A stretch of DNA of 64,000 bases from Nitrososphaerota archaeon (GTDB lineage: Archaea; Thermoproteota; Nitrososphaeria; Nitrososphaerales; Nitrosopumilaceae), in assembly GCA_028867755.1 (NCBI GenBank), contig JAGWFT010000001.1:804727-868726 (forward strand). Direction: 5' to 3'. The notes beneath the pieces are model-generated. The model was given only the letters and a program-made list of their open reading frames with translations, made no database searches and was not told where the DNA came from. Shown here piece by piece: positions 51,285 through 60,074 of this stretch. The translations under genes were made by a program, and so were the position numbers. The number at the start of each line of letters is the position of its first letter. The stretch's first letter is position 1.

Positions 51285-53051
51285 TCAAAATTGTTTTTCG
51301 TCTTGTACCACTTTCTTTTGACTGTTATACATGGTGATAATCTCATCTACAGAAGTAGCATTTTCCGGAGTTTTTTCAAATCTAATCTTCCCAGTAAATT
51401 TAGGGAAACGTAAGGCAAGACCACTGCCCTTTCTTATCTTGTCTAAAGCTGTTTTGTGAATGGGACTCAATGTAATCTCAGAAGCTACTATCTCAATTAC
51501 GACCTCTGGCTCAAACCATACATCTGCTTCAAGGCCACTATCAATCCTAGGATCTTTCTTGACGATGATCTTGTCAGACAGTATTTGATAGAATTGATCT
51601 AAACTCTCATCTGTAAACCCCGTTCCAACTTTGCAAACACTGGGATATCCATCTGTATTTTCATCATACGCAGATAAGAGTAACGCCCCATATCGTCCAG
51701 TCCTTCTGCCTCGACCATAAAATGCCCCTATGACAACCAAATCTAGAGAATCTCCCAACTCATTTTTGTATTCACGTTTTAGCTTGAGCCAATTACTTGC
51801 TCTGGCACCAGCTCTGTACGGTGAGTCAAGTTGTTTTAGCATCAATCCCTCACAACCCGAGTTAATGGCATTTTCTAGAAAGTCTTCTACCTCGTCATCT
51901 GTTTTGATTAACATCATTGGCATAACTCTGGCAAAAGAATCCTCATTTATTGAACTTTCAAGGATGCGTCGCCGCTCTTTATACGACATATCTAAACAGC
52001 TTTTACCATCAACAAACATGATATCAAAGAAATTAACTGTGATGGGATACTCGTTTACTGCTTTTGCTATGTTGTATTTCCGCCTTCTGTGCATAAGCTC
52101 TTGAAATGGTAGAAACTCTCCAGTGTTTTCGTTTATTGCCACTGCCTCTGCCTCTAATATTATTTCGTTAGCCTTTATGGATTTTCCAATCTTCTCCACA
52201 ATATCTGGATAATAATTAGTGATGTTCTCAAGGCTCCTAGAATAAAGAATGATCTTATCTTTTTGCATGTGTACCTGAACTCGCTCTCCATCAAGTTTGT
52301 ATTCTGCTGCAAAATCTGCTTGTATTTTTTCACGAGCTTCTTGTGCATCCTTTACTCTCTCTGCAAGCATCGGACGGATAGGACTAAAGACAGATACCTG
52401 AAAATGCTTCAATGCCTCTATTCCATTTTTTGCTACATCTTCTGCCACTCTTCCTAAATCACTACAAACGTTGTACGCATGTTCTAACATAGGTCTATTT
52501 TCTTTTGAACCAGTAAAAGCAATTGATAATGCGTCAAGAATGGTATAATCTGCTACCCCTAACCGCAGATTAGATGTAATTATTTTTGCAATGAATCTCC
52601 CTTCTATGGGGCTAGCATCATTCAAGAGGCTGGAAATGTATTTCATTTTCATATTTTGAGACCTATTTCCCTTGAGTTCTGCTATCTTGAATAAAGTATC
52701 ATAGACTCTCTCTATTGTTATGTCTTCTTTGAGAAAAGTTGTTTGTGTTTTTTGTTCCAAGATGTTAGCAGTAGCATGACCAAAATCCCCTACTTTTTTG
52801 TACTCGTGTTCAATTTTCAATGCTGGAACTCCCGTTGATTTTGATAGTGCTCTAATTGCAATCTTCTCGGCAACTCCTATTTCTATTCCCTCATGTTCTG
52901 GTCTTAATTTTCCCTGCAGTAAATATGCCACTTTTGAAATTATTTCAGGAGGCGTGATCTTAAACAAATCAACTAGATGCTGAGTCAGTTCTAGTCGTTT
53001 AGTGGTGCCTTCCATGTATCCTAAAGTATCAGCAACTAACGAGAATTTCAT
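51285..53051 (-). CDS. lig: ATP-dependent DNA ligase
   Basis: EYKLDGERVQ, EGLMLK, WLKLK, ALRFP. Confidence 0.97.
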   Translation of the reverse strand: MKFSLVADTLGYMEGTTKRLELTQHLVDLFKITPPEIISKVAYLLQGKLRPEHEGIEIGVAEKIAIRALSKSTGVPALKIEHEYKKVGDFGHATANILEQKTQTTFLKEDITIERVYDTLFKIAELKGNRSQNMKMKYISSLLNDASPIEGRFIAKIITSNLRLGVADYTILDALSIAFTGSKENRPMLEHAYNVCSDLGRVAEDVAKNGIEALKHFQVSVFSPIRPMLAERVKDAQEAREKIQADFAAEYKLDGERVQVHMQKDKIILYSRSLENITNYYPDIVEKIGKSIKANEIILEAEAVAINENTGEFLPFQELMHRRRKYNIAKAVNEYPITVNFFDIMFVDGKSCLDMSYKERRRILESSINEDSFARVMPMMLIKTDDEVEDFLENAINSGCEGLMLKQLDSPYRAGARASNWLKLKREYKNELGDSLDLVVIGAFYGRGRRTGRYGALLLSAYDENTDGYPSVCKVGTGFTDESLDQFYQILSDKIIVKKDPRIDSGLEADVWFEPEVVIEIVASEITLSPIHKTALDKIRKGSGLALRFPKFTGKIRFEKTPENATSVDEIITMYNSQKKVVQDEKQF

Positions 53052-53088
53052 CTGACGATTTTTACAAACTGTAGAATAAAAGGTTGAG

Positions 53089-53379
53089 TTATTTGAGGTG
53101 TAGATGTGTTTTGATTTTTAATCGTATTTCAGGAGTTCTCTTCAAAACAGTATTATGAAAGTCTGAGGATTCTTCTAAATCCAGATATCTCTTGTTTCTC
53201 TGCAAAAATCCATCAAAGAAAACGCCGCAGATATATCCGATGTATATTCCATATGAGAAATCTTCAAGGTTGGATATTATTGACAGGGATCTGGCCTCTG
53301 ATAAGATCATCTTAGGATAATCCAGAGCGTATGTTATTACATCATTAAGATTTTTTTCCTCAATTACATCCAGGCCCAT
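53089..53379 (-). CDS. conserved hypothetical protein
   Basis: ORF co-oriented with lig; ATG 53379. Confidence 0.65.
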   Translation of the reverse strand: MGLDVIEEKNLNDVITYALDYPKMILSEARSLSIISNLEDFSYGIYIGYICGVFFDGFLQRNKRYLDLEESSDFHNTVLKRTPEIRLKIKTHLHLK

Positions 53380-53423
53380 GTGACAGCCCACCTTTAACTT
53401 GTATTTAGAATTTCTGAAATTCT

Positions 53424-53484
53424 GGTGCTGGGTAATTGGTGAGACCTTGTAGACAAAATTCTTTGCGTTTACCGTCGAGACCTA
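53424..53484 (+). repeat. left terminal inverted repeat
   Basis: GGTGCTGGGTAATTGGTGAGACCTTGTAGACAAAATTCT plus a 22-bp extension; 56/61 identical to the reverse complement of 55586-55646. Confidence 0.95.
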
Positions 53485-53589
53485 AAAAAATTAGATTTTT
53501 TAAAAGGTCAGATTTAGGAAATAAGAATCTACGTTGTGGTTCAGAATCCATAGATCACAACTTACAAAGATGGGTTTGAGGCGATTTTA

Positions 53590-53670
53590 ATGGATAATTT
53601 AGAAGACATTCTAATTATGACTGGAATAATTTTATCAGCACTTGGAATGTTGCCAGAACCTTTAACTTGA
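53590..53670 (+). CDS. possible 26-aa hydrophobic peptide inside the element
   Basis: MDNLEDILIMTGIILSALGMLPEPLT; may be a gene remnant or non-coding. Confidence 0.25.
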   Translation: MDNLEDILIMTGIILSALGMLPEPLT

Positions 53671-53692
53671 AGATGTTAGAGATCGATCAAGT

Positions 53693-55585
53693 TTGCTATC
53701 TTGTGAAAAAATTGCCGTTTTTGTGTGTTTTTCATTGTTATTAATGCCGTTAATCGTTTATGCAGACAATTACAGCAGTAAGGTTGGAAATCAACAGATC
53801 ACTATTGTAATCAGACCTAACAATACTATTGTCTCGAACATAACAAATAACACTGAAGAGGATAACCGACTGGAAAAGATAGCAGCAGAACTTTCTGAAA
53901 ACGAACGATTTTCATGGACTGAGGGGGATGTAATTATTGCATCTTCAACAATTTTTGCGTTTTTTACATTCAGTTCATTTCTAGTTATCAGATTCAAAAG
54001 CAAAAGGGTAGATGATTTACTAGATCTTATTGATACCATAATCACATCGATTCTATGTATACAAATCATACAGATAGGCATAATTATCATGATTTTGGCG
54101 GGTTGGTTCAAGGAAGGTGCATATGCATACTTGTTAGCTGCTACTGGGTTTTGCTTGATTTTAATTGCAGTTTCAATTCGACAAATAATTCATCTTGAAA
54201 ATAGAAGGGGCGAAAAAATCATCGAGGCAGATGCTACATACAAACAAGTTATGGATAAGATACTAGGATCTGAAAATGTAAAGCGTACCATAGAGAATAT
54301 CATAAATAAACCAATAACTGGGGTTAACAAACCATTTGTAGAACCTGAATTCCAAACATCATTGGATGACGATGATGACGATGAAGATGATGCGTTAGGA
54401 ATTGAAAAATTTTCTAAATTTGGTCAGGCTTCCAAAGCAGGATTAGGTGGAGAAATCATAGGACAGAAAGGACTTGGGAAGCTGTCTCTTCTACGCTTTG
54501 GCGAAAAAGTGAATTTTAGAACCAACAACGGTGAAATTGGCATGGATATAATAATGACTCCACAAGATTTTGAATACGATATAAAATCTGCAACTAAATT
54601 TTTAGATCATCAAGGAACACGCATAATAATACCTAGTCCAAAAGGTGTTCCCCCCGTTGACGATTTGGCAAATTATCTAAAGAAAGTTTTTGGTTTACGC
54701 ATTGCAAAAGGAACAGAGATCATTCTCAATGGGGTAAAACTAGAATCTAATTCTAAAATAGATCCTCAAGAAAAATTCTTGTTCAGGCTTTCTGGTGGTA
54801 AAGTAGATGTAACTGGAAACATGAAAGAAGATAAAAAAGGTCACGGAAATGCTGATCTTTACATAAGACATGTTCTTGTCACATCTCTTTTAGTAGACCC
54901 CGAAAGAAAGTTTTCTGGGTGGGTAAATTGTAATGAATTAATCCCTACAACTTCAAGAAACGATGTCGTTAGAGACAGTCATGGCGGGATATTTGATGAT
55001 TTTCTTGTCCATCTTAAAGATTATGTCCGTCGATTTCCAAAGGTTGAAGAGGAAATCACAAAAGATGAAGAATTGTTAGGTAATGAACTTAACAAAATGC
55101 TACGCAATTATCTAAGCGAGTTAAGGATTCTTCCTCAAGGAACTATTTTGATTGGACGAGGGAACGAAAATACCTTAGATAGACAAGATAAAACCAATAA
55201 GAAGGAAAAAATAATCAAGGACACACCTGAAGAAACGCCCGAATATGTCAAAATGCATACCTCACGAAAAACCAACAAACCTATCAAACGGACTGTTAAA
55301 ACCGATTATGGTGTTATGTGGGTAGATCAAAATATTGGAAATGAAAAAGAACCTATCTTTTTTGTAGAACCCAACATGGTTATTAGAAATAGAACAAATG
55401 ATATTTACAAATTCCTAGTGAAAAACAAAGCATCACTTGGTTCAAAACCAATAAGGGCATTTCCTTATCTTGCGAGAGTAGCTGTAAGTATGAACAAAGA
55501 ATCTCCGAAATGGAATCGTGAGCAGTTATTTCTTGAGATGGATAGGGCTATACGATATTTTCTAAAAAATAAAGGCGAACTTTAG
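53693..55585 (+). CDS. chimeric cargo ORF: signal peptide and 3-TM protein fused to an N-terminally truncated MORC/Hsp90-like GHKL ATPase
   Basis: Hydrophobic N-terminal ~170 aa; poly-Asp junction; EDDALGI...FGQASK...IGQKGLGKLSLL...GTRIII ATP-lid motifs. Confidence 0.75.
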   Translation: MLSCEKIAVFVCFSLLLMPLIVYADNYSSKVGNQQITIVIRPNNTIVSNITNNTEEDNRLEKIAAELSENERFSWTEGDVIIASSTIFAFFTFSSFLVIRFKSKRVDDLLDLIDTIITSILCIQIIQIGIIIMILAGWFKEGAYAYLLAATGFCLILIAVSIRQIIHLENRRGEKIIEADATYKQVMDKILGSENVKRTIENIINKPITGVNKPFVEPEFQTSLDDDDDDEDDALGIEKFSKFGQASKAGLGGEIIGQKGLGKLSLLRFGEKVNFRTNNGEIGMDIIMTPQDFEYDIKSATKFLDHQGTRIIIPSPKGVPPVDDLANYLKKVFGLRIAKGTEIILNGVKLESNSKIDPQEKFLFRLSGGKVDVTGNMKEDKKGHGNADLYIRHVLVTSLLVDPERKFSGWVNCNELIPTTSRNDVVRDSHGGIFDDFLVHLKDYVRRFPKVEEEITKDEELLGNELNKMLRNYLSELRILPQGTILIGRGNENTLDRQDKTNKKEKIIKDTPEETPEYVKMHTSRKTNKPIKRTVKTDYGVMWVDQNIGNEKEPIFFVEPNMVIRNRTNDIYKFLVKNKASLGSKPIRAFPYLARVAVSMNKESPKWNREQLFLEMDRAIRYFLKNKGEL

Positions 55586-55646
55586 TAGGTCTCGACAGTA
55601 AACAAGTAGAATTTTGTCTACAAGGTCTCACCAATTACCCAGCACC
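55586..55646 (-). repeat. right terminal inverted repeat
   Basis: Reverse complement of the left TIR; its inner edge abuts the cargo stop codon at 55585. Confidence 0.95.
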
Positions 55647-55660
55647 GAAATTCTTGTTCG

Positions 55661-55670
55661 TTTATAAATA
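55661..55670 (+). promoter_or_regulatory. TATA box of rps25e
   Basis: TTTATAAATA 22-31 nt upstream of ATG 55692, consistent with a leaderless or short-leader transcript. Confidence 0.6.
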
Positions 55671-55691
55671 GGAGGTAGAAAGATTCAGTCT

Positions 55692-56003
55692 ATGGGCGGA
55701 GCAAAGAAAAAATCCCCTGCACAAGCAGAAAAATCTCAGACTGCAGAGGCTGCAAAGAAAGATGGACCTTCAAAGAAAGACAAGAAAGAGCAGAAACAAA
55801 GAACAAACATTTCTGTAATTGTAGACGAAGGACAAGCTATGAGTTTTATAAAAAACTCCAAAGTTTTCACCGTTCAAGAACTGTCTAGGCAAACAAATGT
55901 CAAGGTGTCGGCTGCAAATGCATTTCTGTTAAACTTGTTAAAACAAGGAACAGTAAAGAGAATAGGTGGGTATAGCGGACATCACATCTATGTGCCGTCT
56001 TGA
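55692..56003 (+). CDS. rps25e: 30S ribosomal protein S25e
   Basis: MGGAKKK N-terminus; winged helix FTVQELSRQTNVKVSAA; GHHIY. Confidence 0.88.
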   Translation: MGGAKKKSPAQAEKSQTAEAAKKDGPSKKDKKEQKQRTNISVIVDEGQAMSFIKNSKVFTVQELSRQTNVKVSAANAFLLNLLKQGTVKRIGGYSGHHIYVPS

Positions 56004-56374
56004 AATATAGAAAAAACATCTCCAGGTTTAACCTCTTTTAGCATTTCAATGTTAGATGTTATTTTACCAACCAATGTCATGGGCTTTGCTGATGCAACAT
56101 CTTCTAAAAAAAAGCAAATTGAGCCATTTGATGCCATGAACCCAACTTCTCCTTTTTTGAACTGAGTTCTGAGTTTTTCGCCTCCTGCAGTAAGAGTTGT
56201 ATCCATAAAAGCAATAGAACTTCCCATCATGTGCGAGTTGCCCTCAAGTGGTAGACCTCTTAATATGGCGCCAACAGTTTTTGGTGCAAGATGACGTTTT
56301 AATTCAATTTTCATCTGCACCTTTCCTTTCAAATCTAATACCAGATCAATTTTGGATACAGATCCAGCACTCAT
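55988..56374 (-). CDS. cyclophilin-like fold protein
   Basis: HLAPKTVGAILRGLP, GEVGF...SICFF. Confidence 0.8.
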   Translation of the reverse strand: MSAGSVSKIDLVLDLKGKVQMKIELKRHLAPKTVGAILRGLPLEGNSHMMGSSIAFMDTTLTAGGEKLRTQFKKGEVGFMASNGSICFFLEDVASAKPMTLVGKITSNIEMLKEVKPGDVFSIFQDGT

Positions 56375-56426
56375 TTTTGAACGAGAGTATTATGAAATAT
56401 ATAACGTTTCTTTCTGTTCGATCGTA

Positions 56427-56930
56427 ATGTCTGATGAACCTGAGGAAGTTAGTGTAGAAACTGAAGAGGTTCAAGCAGAGGAAGAGCCAGTGGTAGTTTT
56501 ACCGCCAGAGCCAGAAACTGTAGAAGTTGTATCTGAGGAAGGAGAAGAAAAACCAGTAACTAAACGAGGAAAGAAAGAACTCTCCCCAGAAGAACTTGCA
56601 GAACAGGAAAGAATACAAAAAATCATTGCAGCAAGAGAAATTATTGAAGTAGATCCTACACACGAACCAATAGAATACGAAACTACTGGAAAGGGAAAGA
56701 TCATGATAGGTCCTCCGACTCTTACACGTTTTGAAAAAGCCAGGATTCTTGGAGCACGTGCATTACAACTCTCACTTGGAGCACCACCATTTATCTCCGT
56801 ACCTAAAGAAGTTGCAACTTCACTTGATTTAGCTTATACAGAACTTGAAAAACGTGTTATTCCAATTACAATAAGACGTGTGTTACCAAATGGGGACTTT
56901 CAGAATATCCCAATTGATCTCTTTGATTAA
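56427..56930 (+). CDS. rpoK: DNA-directed RNA polymerase subunit K (Rpo6) with acidic N-terminal extension
   Basis: LTRFEKARILGARALQL, ELEKRVIPITIRR; ATG 56427. Confidence 0.95.
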   Translation: MSDEPEEVSVETEEVQAEEEPVVVLPPEPETVEVVSEEGEEKPVTKRGKKELSPEELAEQERIQKIIAAREIIEVDPTHEPIEYETTGKGKIMIGPPTLTRFEKARILGARALQLSLGAPPFISVPKEVATSLDLAYTELEKRVIPITIRRVLPNGDFQNIPIDLFD

Positions 56931-56985
56931 ATGGATGATTCGTCGATAAGATTTTAATAGAATACCAAAGTCTGTGTGATAGAGT

Positions 56986-57306
56986 TTGTTGAGTGGAATT
57001 GAGGAAAATGTGCAACTAAACGGTGTGTCATCCCACTCAAAAGATAGAAAATTGATCACAATTAATCAACAGCCAGTAATGGAATGGGCGCTTCACATTT
57101 TGACAGAATTGGTACAACATGGGACTGTAACTCTAGAGGCTAGAGGTGACTTGATACCTACGGCAGTTGCTGTAGCAAATATAGTAACTGAAAATATGAT
57201 GAAAGGTAACTCTAGGATAGTTGATATCGTGGTAGATAGTGAAAGCCAAGGAAACTTTGGCCCGCTTGTCTCAATAATTGCAATTACTATAACTAAAACA
57301 AACTAG
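56986..57306 (+). CDS. Alba family nucleic-acid-binding protein
   Basis: VTLEARGDLIPTAVAVANIV pattern. Confidence 0.75.
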   Translation: MLSGIEENVQLNGVSSHSKDRKLITINQQPVMEWALHILTELVQHGTVTLEARGDLIPTAVAVANIVTENMMKGNSRIVDIVVDSESQGNFGPLVSIIAITITKTN

Positions 57307-57767
57307 AACGCAGTTCCAGGACCTTTGAGAAGCATGCTCTCGCACTCTTTGCATATTGCTTCGTCTATGTTTGATTCCAGCTTGTGATGTATGTCGCAGA
57401 TCAATAGACTTGATTTTATATAATTGCAAAGACCTATGAATTTTGAAAGGCTAGATGGTGTATACGCCATATTGGATGCTAGATTGGCGCAAATGTCACC
57501 TATCATCTCTGATACTTCTTTGACTGCAAGAAGTTTGTTGATAAGTTCAGGATCGCCCCTGGTTCCTCTCACATAGTTGCTAATTGCAGCCTGTGTTACT
57601 CCAAGCATTTTTGAAACTTCCTCTTCCCGTATTTTGTGGTCTTCTATCAGCTTTTTAGCCAAAATAGCTCTTAATGCAGGGATGAGCGTCTTTGTTTCGA
57701 TTTCAGCAGGCAAAAGCATACAATTTTTTTCTTTTGTAAAATATTTAAAGCTAATCTTTACTGTCAT
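57303..57767 (-). CDS. HTH transcriptional regulator with a Cys/His-rich C-terminus
   Basis: LPAEIE...LGVTQAAISNYVRGTRG; CDIHH...C..C. Confidence 0.85.
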   Translation of the reverse strand: MTVKISFKYFTKEKNCMLLPAEIETKTLIPALRAILAKKLIEDHKIREEEVSKMLGVTQAAISNYVRGTRGDPELINKLLAVKEVSEMIGDICANLASNMAYTPSSLSKFIGLCNYIKSSLLICDIHHKLESNIDEAICKECESMLLKGPGTAF

Positions 57768-57805
57768 GATAACTTATTTGAGAGATGAGTTGAAAGATCA
57801 ATTAA

Positions 57806-58756
57806 TTGCAAGAGATTTGTTTACAACTCCAGTCACTTGTATCTGATGCTGCTATGAGATGTAAATCTGAAAGCATATCTTTGTCAGGTGGTCTTGACTC
57901 GTCTATTCTGGCATCTTTTCTTGATGCTAAAACAACACATGCATATGCAATGGTAACAAAAGATTTTCCTTCAACAGATCTTGTCAATGCACAAATGATT
58001 GCCAAGATAAATGATCTAAAACTTACTGTGATTTCTGCATCAGTTGACAACCTATTGCAATCAATTGAAGAAACAATTCAAATTCTGAAGGTGTTCAACC
58101 CTATAGAAATTCGAAATAATATTGTAGTTTACCTGACAATGAAAAATGCAAAAAAAGATGGGCTCAGATCTATTATGACAGGTGATGGGGCTGACGAACT
58201 TTTTGCAGGCTATAACTTTTTCCAAAGAATGCAACCATTAGAGCTGCAAAAAGATCTTGAACGAATATGGAAAGTAATGCATTTTCCATCATTGTCTATA
58301 TCGAAGGCTCTTGGAATAGAACTACAGATGCCTTTTCTGGACAAAAAAGTTGTAGAATATGCAAAATCCATACCTTCAGAACTCAAGGTACATGACGAAA
58401 ATGGCAAAAAATATGGCAAATGGATTCTAAGAAAAACATTTGAAAAAACTTTGCCACAGTCAATTACCTGGAGAGATAAGATTGCTATGCAAGATGGCTC
58501 TGGTACGAATGGTCTAACACACTTTTTTGATAGTGCCATATCGGACTCTGTATTTTCTGAAAAGGCAAAAAAATATCTAGAAAAAGAACAAGTTGTGCTA
58601 TCATCAAAAGAAGCACTTCACTATTATGAGATCTATAGGAGATACTATGACTATCCATCTAAACTTGGTTTGTCCAAAAGCAAATGCCCTAACTGTAACT
58701 ATTCTGTTGAAGAAGGATCACATTTTTGCCGAATGTGTGGAAGTTTTCCTATCTAA
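57806..58756 (+). CDS. asparagine synthase-related protein (C-terminal domain, Zn-ribbon tail)
   Basis: LSGGLDSS, TGDGADELFAGY, PFLD, KWILR. Confidence 0.88.
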   Translation: MQEICLQLQSLVSDAAMRCKSESISLSGGLDSSILASFLDAKTTHAYAMVTKDFPSTDLVNAQMIAKINDLKLTVISASVDNLLQSIEETIQILKVFNPIEIRNNIVVYLTMKNAKKDGLRSIMTGDGADELFAGYNFFQRMQPLELQKDLERIWKVMHFPSLSISKALGIELQMPFLDKKVVEYAKSIPSELKVHDENGKKYGKWILRKTFEKTLPQSITWRDKIAMQDGSGTNGLTHFFDSAISDSVFSEKAKKYLEKEQVVLSSKEALHYYEIYRRYYDYPSKLGLSKSKCPNCNYSVEEGSHFCRMCGSFPI

Positions 58757-58896
58757 TCTTTCTTCCACTTATTGGGTTTTCTTACAAAAATTCTCTTGCA
58801 CCCGTGGCAGCAAAAGTAGTATTTTTTTCCTTTGTATTCGTGTTCTAGAGCAAGCTTCTCATCTAATTCTATACCGCATACTGGATCCACAGGCAT
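58753..58896 (-). CDS. YHS/TRASH domain metal-binding protein, 47 aa
   Basis: MPVDPVCGIELDEKLALEHEYKGKKYYFCCHGCKRIFVRKP; below the ORF-track cutoff. Confidence 0.88.
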   Translation of the reverse strand: MPVDPVCGIELDEKLALEHEYKGKKYYFCCHGCKRIFVRKPNKWKKD

Positions 58897-58934
58897 GTTT
58901 TGGTTCGTCTGTTATTCGTATTTAAAACTTACAA

Positions 58935-60044
58935 TTATGATGGTGATAGTTTACTAACAAGTTCAGAAAATTCTGCTGTACTCAAAACAGAAGTTTTTGC
59001 TAATTCCAAATTTTCATCCACATGGGAAGGAGATTTTTGTCCAACCAATGGTGCTATCACTCCTGGTGTTGATCTGACAAACTGAATTGCTCTATGTGAT
59101 GGGTGTGTCAACTCTCCAAATTCAGGCAAGACACCTTGACCAAGAAGTTTTGCCTGCATGAGTGGAACACTTGTGAAAACACCTATCCCAAGTTTTATTG
59201 CTGCTTCAAAAATATTGAATGCGACACCATCTTGCATCTGATTCTTCATGGTAAGAGCTTGATCAAGATACATGTTGTATGGAAGTTGAATGAATTTGAA
59301 TCCGTTTTCAGAACCTCCTATATCTCTAGCCATGTTGGCTATGTCAAAAATTGAAAGATACTGTGGATGTTCTTGCGGTACTCTAAAGCAGTCCCATGTG
59401 GCCATTCCATAGTATCTTATTGTTCCAGACTTTCTCTGCTTCTCATAAAATTCAAACACTTCTCCAAGTCTTTTCATAAACTCATCTTTTGTCATATCCT
59501 GTAATTGACCTTCTGCAGCATTGTGTAGATACATCAAGTCAATGCATTCAAGTCCCAAGTTTTTGAGGCTTCTGTTTAATTGATCCTGAAGATACGGTAT
59601 TGTCATACAGTGATATCCTGAAGATATATCGCCAGATTTGATTACACCTGACTTTACAAGAGTATTTTGGATATTTTCCCAAAAGTCCTCTTTTACGTTC
59701 CCATCATTTGTTATGTATCCATTCTTTGTACTTATGAATAATTGATCCCTTTGCGCCTTGTTTTTTTCAATTAGTTGGGCAATTGCTTTACCTACTGATC
59801 TCTCTGCCTTCTGCGATCTGTAGTTGATGGCTGTATCTATGACATTTGTACCCAAAGTAACTGATTTTACCACTGCATCCTTGACTAGCGTGTCTGTTGC
59901 ATCATCTGGATTTCCAAGATACGTGCCTATTCCAATAGATGATAATGCCAGTCCATTGAATTGTTTGAAATGATTCTTTGCCACATTAGTATGGTTTTTT
60001 GCAAACTCTAAAGTTCCCTCTGGAGTGGAATATCCTGATATCAC
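58935..60044 (-). CDS. aldo/keto reductase
   Basis: IGIGTY, IDTAINY, STK, DLMYLHN, IQLPYN. Confidence 0.92.
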   Translation of the reverse strand: MISGYSTPEGTLEFAKNHTNVAKNHFKQFNGLALSSIGIGTYLGNPDDATDTLVKDAVVKSVTLGTNVIDTAINYRSQKAERSVGKAIAQLIEKNKAQRDQLFISTKNGYITNDGNVKEDFWENIQNTLVKSGVIKSGDISSGYHCMTIPYLQDQLNRSLKNLGLECIDLMYLHNAAEGQLQDMTKDEFMKRLGEVFEFYEKQRKSGTIRYYGMATWDCFRVPQEHPQYLSIFDIANMARDIGGSENGFKFIQLPYNMYLDQALTMKNQMQDGVAFNIFEAAIKLGIGVFTSVPLMQAKLLGQGVLPEFGELTHPSHRAIQFVRSTPGVIAPLVGQKSPSHVDENLELAKTSVLSTAEFSELVSKLSPS

Positions 60045-60074
60045 AAAATGGCTTTAGACGTGGTTGATTTAACT

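Larger units (their letters stand above)
53424..55646. mobile_element. non-autonomous IS-derived transposon carrying cargo (2,223 bp)
   Basis: Perfect 39-bp TIRs (53424-53462 and 55608-55646); 8-bp direct flanks GAAATTCT (53416-53423 and 55647-55654); no intact transposase inside. Confidence 0.9.

Noticed and set aside
53441-55629. Four BsaI sites (GAGACC/GGTCTC) in the element ends, suggesting a synthetic Golden Gate insert
   Set aside because: The sites are embedded in long natural-looking TIRs with a TSD and AT-rich native-like cargo; no vector sequence seen. Probably coincidental.
53424-55646. Casposon, provirus or integron cassette
   Set aside because: No Cas1, PolB, integrase or capsid genes; too small; an 8-bp TSD with GG-start TIRs fits a DDE IS derivative.
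53424-55646. Invertible phase-variation switch
   Set aside because: The outer 8-bp direct duplication indicates transposition, and no recombinase is nearby. Kept only as a testable alternative.
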